Shown: in pieces, positions 40,524 through 50,735 of the stretch | Position numbering within the stretch: position 1 is the stretch's first letter | How the letters are laid out: every line of letters starts with the position of its first letter | Source of the DNA: Candidatus Woesearchaeota archaeon | Lineage (GTDB): Archaea; Nanobdellota; Nanobdellia; Woesearchaeales; JACJVV01 | Direction of reading: 5' to 3' | DNA: 64,000 nucleotides | Assembly: GCA_047602755.1 (NCBI GenBank) | Contig: JBLKOM010000001.1 | Span: forward strand, 147,679-211,678 | The notes under the pieces: generated by a model | Database searches by the model: none | What the model saw: the letters and a program-made list of their open reading frames with translations, nothing else | What the model was told of the DNA's origin: nothing | Position numbers and translations under genes: made by a program

Positions 40524-40922
40524 ATGGTTACATTACAAATATTACCCTATACTGAGATTGAACAACTTACATCTTTGGGTAGAATTAGAAAAATACTAAA
40601 TATTGCAAAAGAAAATAAAATAGTTTTAATCCAAGGTAGACTCAAAAAAGAAGAAGAAGCAGAATTAATAAAAACCACAATGGAAGAAATTGACAAAAAT
40701 TTCCAAGGAATAGAACTTGCTGTAATATACCCTAAAGAAAATAAAGATGAAGGAGTTATCTCGAATATTAAAAATACACTAATCAATAAATTATTAGGAG
40801 ATAGACAAGGTTTAACCATTGTAGGGCCGGCAACTATTGTCAAACAAATCAAAAAAGACCCAAAAAAAATTGAATTATTAACTACTGAGAAAAAGAGCAA
40901 GAAAAACAAAAAAAGGAGATAA
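40524..40922 (+). CDS. oapB: DUF2073 protein (OapB/ArvB)
   Basis: EEAELIKTTM.EI...F.GIE, GLTIVGPA. Confidence 0.88.
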   Translation: MVTLQILPYTEIEQLTSLGRIRKILNIAKENKIVLIQGRLKKEEEAELIKTTMEEIDKNFQGIELAVIYPKENKDEGVISNIKNTLINKLLGDRQGLTIVGPATIVKQIKKDPKKIELLTTEKKSKKNKKRR

Positions 40923-40934
40923 TCATTCTAAAAA

Positions 40935-41327
40935 ATGCCTCACCAATGTGTAAGATGTAGTGCACTTTATCCTGATGGTGCAAAAGAAATTTTAACAGGT
41001 TGTAGCAGTTGTTCAGGTAAATTATTTTTCTATATCAAAAAAGAAAAACTTGAAGAACTTAAAAAAGCAAATGAAGAAATAAAACTTTCTGATAAAGATA
41101 AAAAGCAAATTGAAAAAGATGTACGCGAACTTGTTGGTGATCAAATAAAAGAAAATGATCCTGTTGTATTAGATTTAGAGTCTATCAGAATAAAAAAACC
41201 AGGGCAATATGAATTAGACTTAGTTCACTTATTTAAGGGTGATCCTTTAGTATTCAAGTTAGAAGAAGGTAAATATATGATTGATGTAATTGAAACATTC
41301 AACAAATTTACTAAAAAGAAAAAATAA
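40935..41327 (+). CDS. oapC: Zn-ribbon protein DUF2072 (OapC/ArvC)
   Basis: MPHQCVRC...GCSSC..KLFFY, ESIRI..PGQYELDL. Confidence 0.9.
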   Translation: MPHQCVRCSALYPDGAKEILTGCSSCSGKLFFYIKKEKLEELKKANEEIKLSDKDKKQIEKDVRELVGDQIKENDPVVLDLESIRIKKPGQYELDLVHLFKGDPLVFKLEEGKYMIDVIETFNKFTKKKK

Positions 41328-41386
41328 TAATAAATCAAAATTCAACTCAATCACACTAAATATTATTTTTTATTAATTAGAAAATA

Positions 41387-42583
41387 TTATTTCTTAGCCA
41401 TAATTTCTATAATATCTAAATGATCTAAAATGTGTTCTTTACCCATTGGCATTTTTGTTCTAACATTTATTGCTTTAACAAAATTATTACCAAAATCAGT
41501 ATGCAATCTAAACGCAAAATCTAAAGCTGTTGCCTCATGAGGAAGCAAAAAACAATCAGGCAACACATTACCATTAGAATCTTCTAATTTACTAACACCA
41601 CCAGGATGTATAGCTTTATATTTTAATAGATCAAAAACAGATTTATCTAAAACTGTTTGAACGCCTGTACCATTATAATTCTTAAGTATATTATTTTTGA
41701 TAAAATCTAATGCCTTATTTTGTTTATCAGTAATTTTATCCCCTAAAATAATTTCAAAGTTATTATCTCCGGGAATATAATTTACTATATTATGCTTTGC
41801 AGCCTCTTTTAATGCTAGTTCAGATTCAGCGCTACAAGCAACAAATAACCTATCTGGAAACTCTTTTTTTAATTTCTCAAAATTTTCATAAGCAACAGGA
41901 ACATCCATTTTATTACATGCAATAATCATTGGCTTAGTAAGTTTTCTAAGTTCTGTTGCAAGTTGCATTCTTTGTTTATCATCCCAATCAAGTAAATTTG
42001 ATGACAAACCCAGCTTTTTTAAAGTAATTTCAACCATTTCTTCAGTAACCATTAAACCAGAAAGCTGTTTAGCAATTGCCTTATGAACTTCACCATGTGA
42101 CTGTTGAACAGTCCTTGCAAATTTATCCCATCCCTTATCAATAATCCCAAGATACCAATAATCTAATTCTTCTTCAAGGAATTTAACATCATTTGCTGGA
42201 TCATAAGTTCCTGGATTAATTGGCTCACCTTTTTCATTAGTAGAACCACTACAATCAATTACATGAATTAAAACATGTGCCTGACGTAAATCGTCTAAAA
42301 ATTGATTACCCATCCCTTTACCTTCATGAGCACCAGGAACTAATCCTGCTACATCAATCATCTGCACAGGAACAAATCTCCATTCTCCTAAAATATAACC
42401 TTCACGTGGATTAGCAGTTTTATTAAATTCTTTTGCAACATCCTTTATTTTAACATAACCTACACCAGAATTAGGTTTAATTGTAGCAAAGGGATAATTA
42501 GCTATTTCTACCTCTGCTAAAGTAGCAGACTTAAAAAAAGTACTTTTGCCAACATTTGCTTTTCCAACAACACCAATTATCAT
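41387..42583 (-). CDS. ychF: Obg-family ATPase YchF/Ola1 (archaeal)
   Basis: GKANVGKST, NYPFATI, DVAGLVPGAHEGKGMGN, C-terminal TGS. Confidence 0.94.
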   Translation of the reverse strand: MIIGVVGKANVGKSTFFKSATLAEVEIANYPFATIKPNSGVGYVKIKDVAKEFNKTANPREGYILGEWRFVPVQMIDVAGLVPGAHEGKGMGNQFLDDLRQAHVLIHVIDCSGSTNEKGEPINPGTYDPANDVKFLEEELDYWYLGIIDKGWDKFARTVQQSHGEVHKAIAKQLSGLMVTEEMVEITLKKLGLSSNLLDWDDKQRMQLATELRKLTKPMIIACNKMDVPVAYENFEKLKKEFPDRLFVACSAESELALKEAAKHNIVNYIPGDNNFEIILGDKITDKQNKALDFIKNNILKNYNGTGVQTVLDKSVFDLLKYKAIHPGGVSKLEDSNGNVLPDCFLLPHEATALDFAFRLHTDFGNNFVKAINVRTKMPMGKEHILDHLDIIEIMAKK

Positions 42584-42678
42584 TTAATTAATGAATATTA
42601 CTTCTTTTTTATATATATTTCCACTAAAATTAGATATTTCTAATAAGTTTTATAAAAACAGTAAATCAAATCAAACTT

Positions 42679-43368
42679 ATGCTAAAAGCAGACCTTCATC
42701 TTCATGCAAAAGAAGATAAACAAGATAACATAAACTATACAGCTAAAGAATTAATTGACAAAGCTGCTGAACTAAAATATAATGTTTTATCATTTACATT
42801 CCATAGAAAGTTTTTCTGGAAAAAAGAATTATATGACTATGCAAAAAATAAAGGAATAACATTAATTCCAGGAGCAGAATTATCTATTGAAAAAAGAGAT
42901 GTTTTAGTTTATAATTTATCTAAAAATGATGATAAAATAAAAACATTTGAAGAATTAAGAAAATTAAAAAAGAAGAATAAAAATTTATTTGTGATTGCAC
43001 CGCATCCTTACTTTAAGCTTAAATATTGTCTTGAAGATGAACTTGAAAAAAATATCGATATTTTTGATGCTATTGAATTTTGTTGGTTTTATACTAAAAC
43101 ATTTAATATGAATAAAAAAGCAATTAAAATTGCAAAAAAATACAAATTGCCTTTAATAGCTACATCAGATAATCATTTATTATGGAATTTTGGAAAAAAT
43201 TATACATTAATAGATACAAAAAAACCAAATGAAATATTTAAAAAAATCAAAGAAAATAAAATTAAGATTTATAGCCCACCTAGAACATTGTTTACTATAG
43301 GAATAATTACACTTCTAATGATCAATAAAGATTTAATTAAAAATATTAAGCAAATTTTCCGTAAATAA
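42679..43368 (+). CDS. PHP-domain phosphoesterase
   Basis: ADLHLH, PGAE, APHP, SDNH. Confidence 0.88.
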   Translation: MLKADLHLHAKEDKQDNINYTAKELIDKAAELKYNVLSFTFHRKFFWKKELYDYAKNKGITLIPGAELSIEKRDVLVYNLSKNDDKIKTFEELRKLKKKNKNLFVIAPHPYFKLKYCLEDELEKNIDIFDAIEFCWFYTKTFNMNKKAIKIAKKYKLPLIATSDNHLLWNFGKNYTLIDTKKPNEIFKKIKENKIKIYSPPRTLFTIGIITLLMINKDLIKNIKQIFRK

Positions 43369-43427
43369 TAAATAGTGCATCTACTAAATACATTAAAATT
43401 AAATAAATATCCAATAAATATCATAAA

Positions 43428-44072
43428 ATGGCACCACCTGTAATAAAACACAAATATAGCAATTATGTAAAAAAAGAAATAATATTTGATACTAGAATCA
43501 AGCATAAAGACTATTTTGATATGAAATACCTTTACATGATGTGTCACGAATGGTTCATGGAACATAAATGGGGTCCATCAAGTGACCAGAAATGGCCAGA
43601 AACAATGTATCTTCACAGATGGTTACAATCAGGTAGCGAAGAAATATGGATATGGTGGAGATTTAGAAAACAGTTTAATAGATTTATAAGATATGATTTA
43701 GATGTAGATTGGCATATTATTGGGCTTGAAAAGGCTGAAATGGTAAAAGATGGTAAAAAGTACAAAATGAATAAAGGTGAAGCAGAATTTAAGATTTACG
43801 TTAAATTAATATTTGATGCTGGTGGTGAATTTAATAGTGGATTCTTAAAATCAGTCAAAGAAACATTTTGGCAAAGAATGTACTATAAAGACATACTTGC
43901 ACACAGAAAACAATTATATCACCAAGTTTATGAATTCAAACAAGCAGTTAAAACATACTTTAATCTACAGCAATATCTTCCTGAGCCAGAATTACATAAA
44001 TTTTTCAAAGATGATACTTTACATACGCCATTTGTTGATCCTGCTCCAAAAGGCCCTTCTGGTGGAAATTAG
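43428..44072 (+). CDS. Hypothetical protein (aromatic-rich)
   Basis: 214-aa ORF with normal codon usage; FDMKYLY..HEWF pattern. Confidence 0.7.
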   Translation: MAPPVIKHKYSNYVKKEIIFDTRIKHKDYFDMKYLYMMCHEWFMEHKWGPSSDQKWPETMYLHRWLQSGSEEIWIWWRFRKQFNRFIRYDLDVDWHIIGLEKAEMVKDGKKYKMNKGEAEFKIYVKLIFDAGGEFNSGFLKSVKETFWQRMYYKDILAHRKQLYHQVYEFKQAVKTYFNLQQYLPEPELHKFFKDDTLHTPFVDPAPKGPSGGN

Positions 44073-44185
44073 CATAAAATAGTATAATTATAAATTGTAT
44101 GATTTTTTATTCTAATAAGTATAAAAAATAGTAAATCAAAAAAAATCAGATAAAAATATAAGTCACTTCTATATTATCTTAAATA

Positions 44186-45319
44186 ATGGCAGAAAATAAT
44201 AAAATAGATAAAAAAGATAATAGAAAATCACCTACTTCTGAGCGTATAGCTGAATTAGAAAAAGAAATAGCAAATACAAAATATAACAAAAGAACACAAT
44301 TTGCAATTGGCCTTCTAAAAGCAAAATTAGCAAAACTAAAAGAAAAATCAGCAAACTCAGGTAAAGGACAAAAAAAAGGTGAAGGCTTTTCTGTTCGAAA
44401 AGCTGGAGATGCTACTGCAATATTACTTGGCTTTCCATCTGTAGGTAAATCAACCTTACTAAATACACTTACTAATGCAAATTCAGAAATAGGACATTAT
44501 GCATTCACAACTCTTACGTGTATTCCAGGTACAATGGAATATAATGGATCAAAAATTCAAATACTTGATGTTCCAGGGATTGTAGAAGGTGCAGCAAGTG
44601 GTACTGGGCGAGGAAAAGAAGTTTTACAAGTTATCAGAAATGCTGATCTAATAATTATTGTTCTTGATGCATTTTATCCAAATCATTATAAAAAAATAAT
44701 CAAAGAAGTAAGAGAAGTAGGTGTAAGAATAAATGAAAAAAAACCTGATGTTAAAATTATAAAAACTGCTAAAGGTGGAATTGATGTTGGAAGTACAGTT
44801 AAATTAACAAAACTAACAACTGATATGATTAAAAAAATGATGAATGAATTAGGTTATGTTAATGCAGGTATAGTATTACGAGAAGATATAGATGCTGATC
44901 AATTAATAGACATTGTTGAAGCTAATAAAATTTACACACCTGCAATAACAATAATCAATAAAACAGATATTGCATCAAAAGAACAATTAAAATTATTTGA
45001 GAATATTGACATAGATTTAGGAATTTCTGCAAAAAATAAAGAACATATTGATGAATTAAAAAAAGTAATTTTTGATAAATTAAGTTTCATAAGAATTTAT
45101 TTAAAAGAAATTGGGAAAAAACCAGATATGAAAGAACCAATGATTATGACACAACCATGCACGTTACAAAATCTTTGTGAAAAAATACATAAAGATTTTG
45201 TCATGAAATTTAAATTTGCAAGAATTTGGGGAAAAAGTGTGAAATTTGATGGACAAAAAATTGTAAAGTTATCACATGAAATTAAAGACCAAGATATAAT
45301 TGAACTACACCTTAGATAA
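44186..45319 (+). CDS. drg: DRG family GTPase with TGS domain
   Basis: GFPSVGKST, YAFTTLT, DVPG, FARIWGKS. Confidence 0.93.
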   Translation: MAENNKIDKKDNRKSPTSERIAELEKEIANTKYNKRTQFAIGLLKAKLAKLKEKSANSGKGQKKGEGFSVRKAGDATAILLGFPSVGKSTLLNTLTNANSEIGHYAFTTLTCIPGTMEYNGSKIQILDVPGIVEGAASGTGRGKEVLQVIRNADLIIIVLDAFYPNHYKKIIKEVREVGVRINEKKPDVKIIKTAKGGIDVGSTVKLTKLTTDMIKKMMNELGYVNAGIVLREDIDADQLIDIVEANKIYTPAITIINKTDIASKEQLKLFENIDIDLGISAKNKEHIDELKKVIFDKLSFIRIYLKEIGKKPDMKEPMIMTQPCTLQNLCEKIHKDFVMKFKFARIWGKSVKFDGQKIVKLSHEIKDQDIIELHLR

Positions 45320-45390
45320 AATATGTTGCAAAAGTATAGCAAATAACTTTATCCCAGAAACTTTTATACTAAAACAAATACTTAATCCAC

Positions 45391-45879
45391 ATGACAACCA
45401 ATTGCTTATTTTGCAACATTAAAGAAGATTATATTTTTGAAAATGAACATTTCTTTGCTATATTTGACATTCATCCAATATCACCTGGACATTCATTAGT
45501 TATTCCAAAAAAACATATAATCTCATTACTAGATTTAGAAACAAAACAATGGAATAACTTACATGAAGCAATCAAAGAAACAATAAAGATAATTGAGAAT
45601 AGCAATTTTCAAGAGATATATCAAAAAATAATTATAAATAAACCAAAAGAAAAATCAAGATTTTTTTGCAAAAAAATGTTATCTCATATTGGTATTAATA
45701 AAAAACCTGATGGTTATAATATTGGTAATAATGAAGGTGAAGTTGCTGGAAGAACAATACACCATTTGCATATTCAAATAATTCCTAGATACAAAAATGA
45801 TGTAGAAAATCCAGTTGGAGGAATAAGAAATATTATCCCTGGATTAGGAGATTATAAAAATAATATTTTTCTAAATTAA
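45391..45879 (+). CDS. HIT family hydrolase
   Basis: CLFC, PISPGHSLVIPK, HHLHIQIIPR. Confidence 0.9.
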   Translation: MTTNCLFCNIKEDYIFENEHFFAIFDIHPISPGHSLVIPKKHIISLLDLETKQWNNLHEAIKETIKIIENSNFQEIYQKIIINKPKEKSRFFCKKMLSHIGINKKPDGYNIGNNEGEVAGRTIHHLHIQIIPRYKNDVENPVGGIRNIIPGLGDYKNNIFLN

Positions 45880-45919
45880 TATAATAAATAAAAAGAATTA
45901 AACAAATAATAACATAAAA

Positions 45920-46888
45920 TTATCCTCTAATAATTAAAAAAACTATATATGCAATATATAATAAAACAAATACTATTCCTTCCCATTTATCAAGACAATG
46001 TTTTTTACCCGTAAACATAAACAAAAATAGTAAAGCAGTAGCAAATAATACTAATACAATATCAATAACAACATTTTGAGGAAAAACTAATGGATTTATA
46101 ACTGCAGTTAACCCAAGAACCCACAATATGTTAAAAATATTACTTCCAATAATGTTACCAACTGCTAAATCAACATTTTTCTTTAATGCAGCAACTATTG
46201 ATGTTACAAGTTCTGGTAAAGATGTTCCAATTGCAACAATAGTAGCTGATATTAAGAAATCACTAATTCCAAAAGCCTTTGCAATAAATACAGCTCCTTC
46301 AACAGTCCATTTACCACCAAAAAAAAGTCCAATTAGCCCAAAAGAAATCATAAAAAAGATAGAATAGTTAGAATGATTTTTAGTTTTAATACCTTCAATT
46401 TCACTTCTCAATATTTTATCTTGTTTAGTTAAACAAAAAATATAATACATAAAAGAACCAAATACTATTAAAAGAATTAATCCTTCTAATCTAGATAAAA
46501 TAATATTTGAAGCATTAAAAATATAATCATTAAAATAAAAAACAAGCAATAGTAAAACTACAAAAAAAGAAAAAGGAATTTCTTTCCATGTTGTGTTACT
46601 CTTAACATTAAGTTTTGCAATTAAAGCGAGAATACCTAGTATTAACAATGTGTTAGACATATTACTACCAAAAATATTACCTAATGCAACTTCATAATTA
46701 CCTCTCAATGAAGCAATAATATTAATAATTAACTCTGGAAGTGAAGTCCCAAAAGCAACAACTGTAATACCAATTACAAAAGTTGAAACACCTAATTTAT
46801 TTGCCAAAGACGATGACCCTTCTATTAAGAAATCTGCTGATTTAATTAGTAATACAAGTCCTACAAATAATAAAATATATTCTAGCAT
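45920..46888 (-). CDS. Ca2+/Na+ antiporter (YrbG/CaCA family)
   Basis: Two alpha repeats GTSLPE...GN(I)FGSN / GNIIGSN. Confidence 0.94.
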   Translation of the reverse strand: MLEYILLFVGLVLLIKSADFLIEGSSSLANKLGVSTFVIGITVVAFGTSLPELIINIIASLRGNYEVALGNIFGSNMSNTLLILGILALIAKLNVKSNTTWKEIPFSFFVVLLLLVFYFNDYIFNASNIILSRLEGLILLIVFGSFMYYIFCLTKQDKILRSEIEGIKTKNHSNYSIFFMISFGLIGLFFGGKWTVEGAVFIAKAFGISDFLISATIVAIGTSLPELVTSIVAALKKNVDLAVGNIIGSNIFNILWVLGLTAVINPLVFPQNVVIDIVLVLFATALLFLFMFTGKKHCLDKWEGIVFVLLYIAYIVFLIIRG

Positions 46889-47020
46889 TATTTTAATTAC
46901 ATATACTTAATGAATTTAAAATTCTATCGGTAATTAGTTAATAATTACAAAATATCAAAAAACAAGTAAATCTTTTAGATATCCATAATGTTTATAAAAA
47001 AACTAATATAATAATAGAAT

Positions 47021-47572
47021 ATGTCAACATGGACAAATATTTTCCAAAACATTTTAAATGAAATAATTAATAAATATTTAGTAGCAATTATTATATTACT
47101 AATTGGTTTTATTATAGCTAAGATTTCTGGAAAATTTCTTCATAAAGCACTAAAACAAATTCAATTAAATAAGATTATAAAAGAAATATCAGGAATCAAA
47201 ATCTCATTTGAAGAAATAATCAGTCAATTTATTACATATTTTATTTATTTTATAACTATAGTTATGACATTACGCCATTTAGGAATTCATACAGATATTC
47301 TAAATATTTTATCTGCAGTTATAATCATATTAATAGCTATATTTATAATTCTAAGTGTTAAAGACTTTATTCCAAACATTATATCAGGAATAATATTACA
47401 CCAAAAAGGCAATATTAGTAAAAATGATATCATTGTTTATAATAACATTAAAGGTAGAGTTACAGAAGTTAATTTACTAGAAACAAAACTAGAGACTAAG
47501 AATGGGGATATAATAATAATACCTAATTCAAATCTAACAAACAATCAAATAATAAAAAAGAAACGACTATAA
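47021..47572 (+). CDS. Short MscS-like membrane protein
   Basis: TM helices, KDFIPNIISG, beta domain GDIIIIPNS; lacks C-terminal domain. Confidence 0.8.
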   Translation: MSTWTNIFQNILNEIINKYLVAIIILLIGFIIAKISGKFLHKALKQIQLNKIIKEISGIKISFEEIISQFITYFIYFITIVMTLRHLGIHTDILNILSAVIIILIAIFIILSVKDFIPNIISGIILHQKGNISKNDIIVYNNIKGRVTEVNLLETKLETKNGDIIIIPNSNLTNNQIIKKKRL

Positions 47573-47630
47573 AAAATATTTCTAAAATATAGATTAATTC
47601 ATAATTATCAACATAAAAAAATAATAATTT

Positions 47631-47913
<283 letters not shown>

Positions 47914-47933
<20 letters not shown>

Positions 47934-48243
47934 TTTTCATCTCTTCCATGACTTCTTGCTGAAGCTTTTTCGCTTTTTCTTTCATGGAACTTTCTTGTTT
48001 TTCAACAGCTTTTATCCTAATCTCAGTGCTTTTTAATTCTTCTTCAATATCTTTTTTTAATTTATCTTTATCAATCTTAACCATAATATTCCCTATTATC
48101 TTATAAGAAGTATCAGTGCCATCAAGTTCTTCTAAAGCAGATTCATTTTCCAAGATTCTAGCTTGAAGCTGTTGTTTTTGCATATTAAAACTTTGCATAC
48201 CTTGTTCTAAAAGTTGTAATTGAGAAATTTTTTCATTTGCCAT
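47914..48243 (-). CDS. pfdB: Prefoldin beta subunit
   Basis: Coiled-coil, ALEEL...YKIIGNIMV. Confidence 0.92.
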
Positions 48244-48451
48244 TTTTTACCATATTTGAAACATTTTCGTATGTCTCAATAACCTTAATAAAACCATTTA
48301 TTGTCGCTTTAAATGCAATAATATCTTTTGCTTTAATTGTAATTGTATTATCTTTAATTAATGCAGTTGATCGATCTTTTTGAAGATTATCTTCAGCTTG
48401 AAGAACCTTCACCAAATCACTATCATCTATTTTAATTGTAGCGCTAATCAT
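48233..48451 (-). CDS. pcc1: KEOPS subunit Pcc1
   Basis: DRS...IKAKDIIAFKATING; conserved rpl37ae-rpo12-pcc1-pfdB order. Confidence 0.85.
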   Translation of the reverse strand: MISATIKIDDSDLVKVLQAEDNLQKDRSTALIKDNTITIKAKDIIAFKATINGFIKVIETYENVSNMVKNGK

Positions 48452-48585
48452 ATTGCCTTAACATAAGTAATCTTATCCCTTGGCTTGAATAATATTTTAC
48501 TACCACAATAAGGACATCGTACACGCTTTCGTGTATATTCAATCCCCACATCTTTGTCACACACAAAGCATTTATACCTTGCCAT
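48448..48585 (-). CDS. rpo12: RNA polymerase subunit Rpo12 (RpoP), not in ORF track
   Basis: MARYKCFVCDKDVGIEYTRKRVRCPYCGSKILFKPRDKITYVKAI*. Confidence 0.93.
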   Translation of the reverse strand: MARYKCFVCDKDVGIEYTRKRVRCPYCGSKILFKPRDKITYVKAI

Positions 48586-48826
48586 CTGCAATCTCCTCTT
48601 TTATAACAACTCTATCAACAGTATAAGCTTTTGATGCAAATGTAAAACCACATTTTTTGCATGACCAAATACCAGTAGAGAGTCTTTTTACTTTAATAGC
48701 ATGACAAGAAGGACATTTATACAATTTTCGTTGAGAATTCTCAATACTTGCAAATTTATCTCTATTCCTTCTTCCATATCTTGTTCCAAATTTATTACCT
48801 GATTTTAGGCTTTTTTCTTTTACCAT
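48572..48826 (-). CDS. rpl37ae: 50S ribosomal protein L37ae (eL43)
   Basis: FGTRYG, CPSC, VKRLSTGIWSCKKC. Confidence 0.95.
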   Translation of the reverse strand: MVKEKSLKSGNKFGTRYGRRNRDKFASIENSQRKLYKCPSCHAIKVKRLSTGIWSCKKCGFTFASKAYTVDRVVIKEEIADGKV

Positions 48827-48904
48827 TTTATACCTTCATTAAATTTAATTTAATATCTTAATTTTGAAATAAATTCTTATATATTTAGTGTCTGTATTTA
48901 AAAA

Positions 48905-49062
48905 TGGGGCTGCCCAGACATTCGGCAACCCAATATTAAATTGGATGCTTTCGAACTGGGGTCATATGGTATTTTTGATAAGTTCAATTTAATTGAAGCT
49001 CATCTCCCAAACCACATATGATAGATTGCTCCTCTTTCGAGTCCAAGCTACACTACAGCCCC
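48905..49062 (-). tRNA. tRNA-Pro(UGG) with three introns (49026-49042 D-loop; 48971-49005 at 37/38; 48919-48949 T-loop)
   Basis: Removing the three inserts gives GGGGCUG-UA-GUGUAGCUUGGUCUAUCAU-A-UGUGG-UU-UGG-GA-CCAUA-UGAC-CCCAG-UUCGAAU-CUGGG-CAGCCCC-A; each insert is a hairpin in a BHB or relaxed BHB. Confidence 0.9.
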
Positions 49063-49174
49063 TGGAATAGTATTGTAGAATTCTAAACCATTTATAAAGA
49101 TTATGGTGTCTTTATTAAAATTAAGAAAACGCATTTAGAATAACATTTAAATAATAAGTTATTAGATAAAGAAT

Positions 49175-49951
49175 ATGAATTTACACTCAACAAAAGACAA
49201 ATTCAAAACAATTTTAGGGTTAACATTATCATTAGGAATTGCTGATTTTAAACTAAGAAATGAAGGAAGTTATTTAGGAATTCTATGGTATTTATTAAGT
49301 CCATTACTTTCATTTGGCTTTCTATGGTTTATTTTCTCACAAGCACTTGGTAGTGATATAGCAAAATATCCATTATATTTATTATTAGGAATAGTTATGT
49401 ACAATTATTTTCAGATGTCAGTATCCGAATCTATAATGGCAATAAGAAACAATGCAGGAATAATAAAATCAATCAAATTTCCTAAACAAACTTTAATCAC
49501 AGCAATAATCTTAAAATTTTTCATATCACATTTAATTGAATATATAATATTATTTGCTTTTTTAATGTATTTTAACATTCCAATCTTACAAGCCTTATTA
49601 TATCTACCAATATTAATACTTTTTATTCCTTTCATAATTGGTTTATCATTAATATTTTCATCAATGACCGTTTATTTTATTGATTTCCAAAATATATGGG
49701 AATTTCTATCAAGAATTTTATTTTTTATTACACCAGTTTTTTATCAATTAACAATTCCTTCAAATCATTTTTACATTAATTTATTAAACCCATTATTTCA
49801 TTTTATAACCCTTGCAAGAGAGATTGTATTGTATGGGAATTTACCACAATCATATACAATAATTGGTTGTTTAGCATTTAGTATATTAACGCCATTAATT
49901 GGAATTTGTTCTTTTAAAAGACTAGAAAAAAGTTTTGCAGAGAGGATATAA
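49175..49951 (+). CDS. ABC-2 polysaccharide export permease (Wzm/TagG-like)
   Basis: DFKLR..GSYLGILW.LL.PL, FITPVFY, LNPL. Confidence 0.92.
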   Translation: MNLHSTKDKFKTILGLTLSLGIADFKLRNEGSYLGILWYLLSPLLSFGFLWFIFSQALGSDIAKYPLYLLLGIVMYNYFQMSVSESIMAIRNNAGIIKSIKFPKQTLITAIILKFFISHLIEYIILFAFLMYFNIPILQALLYLPILILFIPFIIGLSLIFSSMTVYFIDFQNIWEFLSRILFFITPVFYQLTIPSNHFYINLLNPLFHFITLAREIVLYGNLPQSYTIIGCLAFSILTPLIGICSFKRLEKSFAERI

Positions 49952-50683
49952 ATGACTAAAATAGAAAGTAATAACATAGAAATAACAAATATAAAAAAAA
50001 CATTTAATTTAACTTATCAAAACAATCAAAGTATACTTGCAAGACTTTTATCAGTATTATCAGCTAAACAACAAACAAAAAAAATTGAAGTTATAAAAAA
50101 AATATCATTTAATGTAAAAAAAGGAGAAATAGTTGGATTAATTGGAAAAAATGGTAGTGGAAAAAGTACACTTCTAAGATTAATAGCTGGAATATATCCA
50201 TTAGATTCTGGGACCATAAATATAAATGGTAAAATTATTTCAATAATTGGATTAGGGCAAGGAATGAAAGAAAGATTAACAATGAAAGAAAATATATTTC
50301 TTGCTTGTTCATTATTTGGGATTAGTAGAAAAAACATCAAAAAAAAATTAAATAGTATAATTAATTTTGCAGAACTTAAAGAATATACCAATACTAAATT
50401 ATTTCAATTTTCAAGTGGAATGATACAAAGATTAGCCTTCTCAATAGCAATACATAGCGACCCAGATATACTATTATTAGATGAAGTATTTGAAGTAGGG
50501 GATAAAGAATTCAGAAAAAAAAGCAGTGAAAAACTAAAAGAATTAGTAAAGCAAGGAAAATCAATAATATTAGTAAGCCATGAAATATGGATGATAGAGA
50601 AACATTGTAATAGAGTAATATGGCTAAAAGATGGTAAAATATATCAAGAAGGAGAAACAAAAGAAATATTAAAAAATTACTAA
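49952..50683 (+). CDS. ABC polysaccharide export ATPase (Wzt/TagH-like)
   Basis: GKNGSGKST, FSSGM..RLAFS, LLLDE.FEVGD. Confidence 0.93.
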   Translation: MTKIESNNIEITNIKKTFNLTYQNNQSILARLLSVLSAKQQTKKIEVIKKISFNVKKGEIVGLIGKNGSGKSTLLRLIAGIYPLDSGTININGKIISIIGLGQGMKERLTMKENIFLACSLFGISRKNIKKKLNSIINFAELKEYTNTKLFQFSSGMIQRLAFSIAIHSDPDILLLDEVFEVGDKEFRKKSSEKLKELVKQGKSIILVSHEIWMIEKHCNRVIWLKDGKIYQEGETKEILKNY

Positions 50684-50735
50684 AATTGAATAATCAATAA
50701 CTATTAAACAATGATTAACTAACTCATCTTACTAA

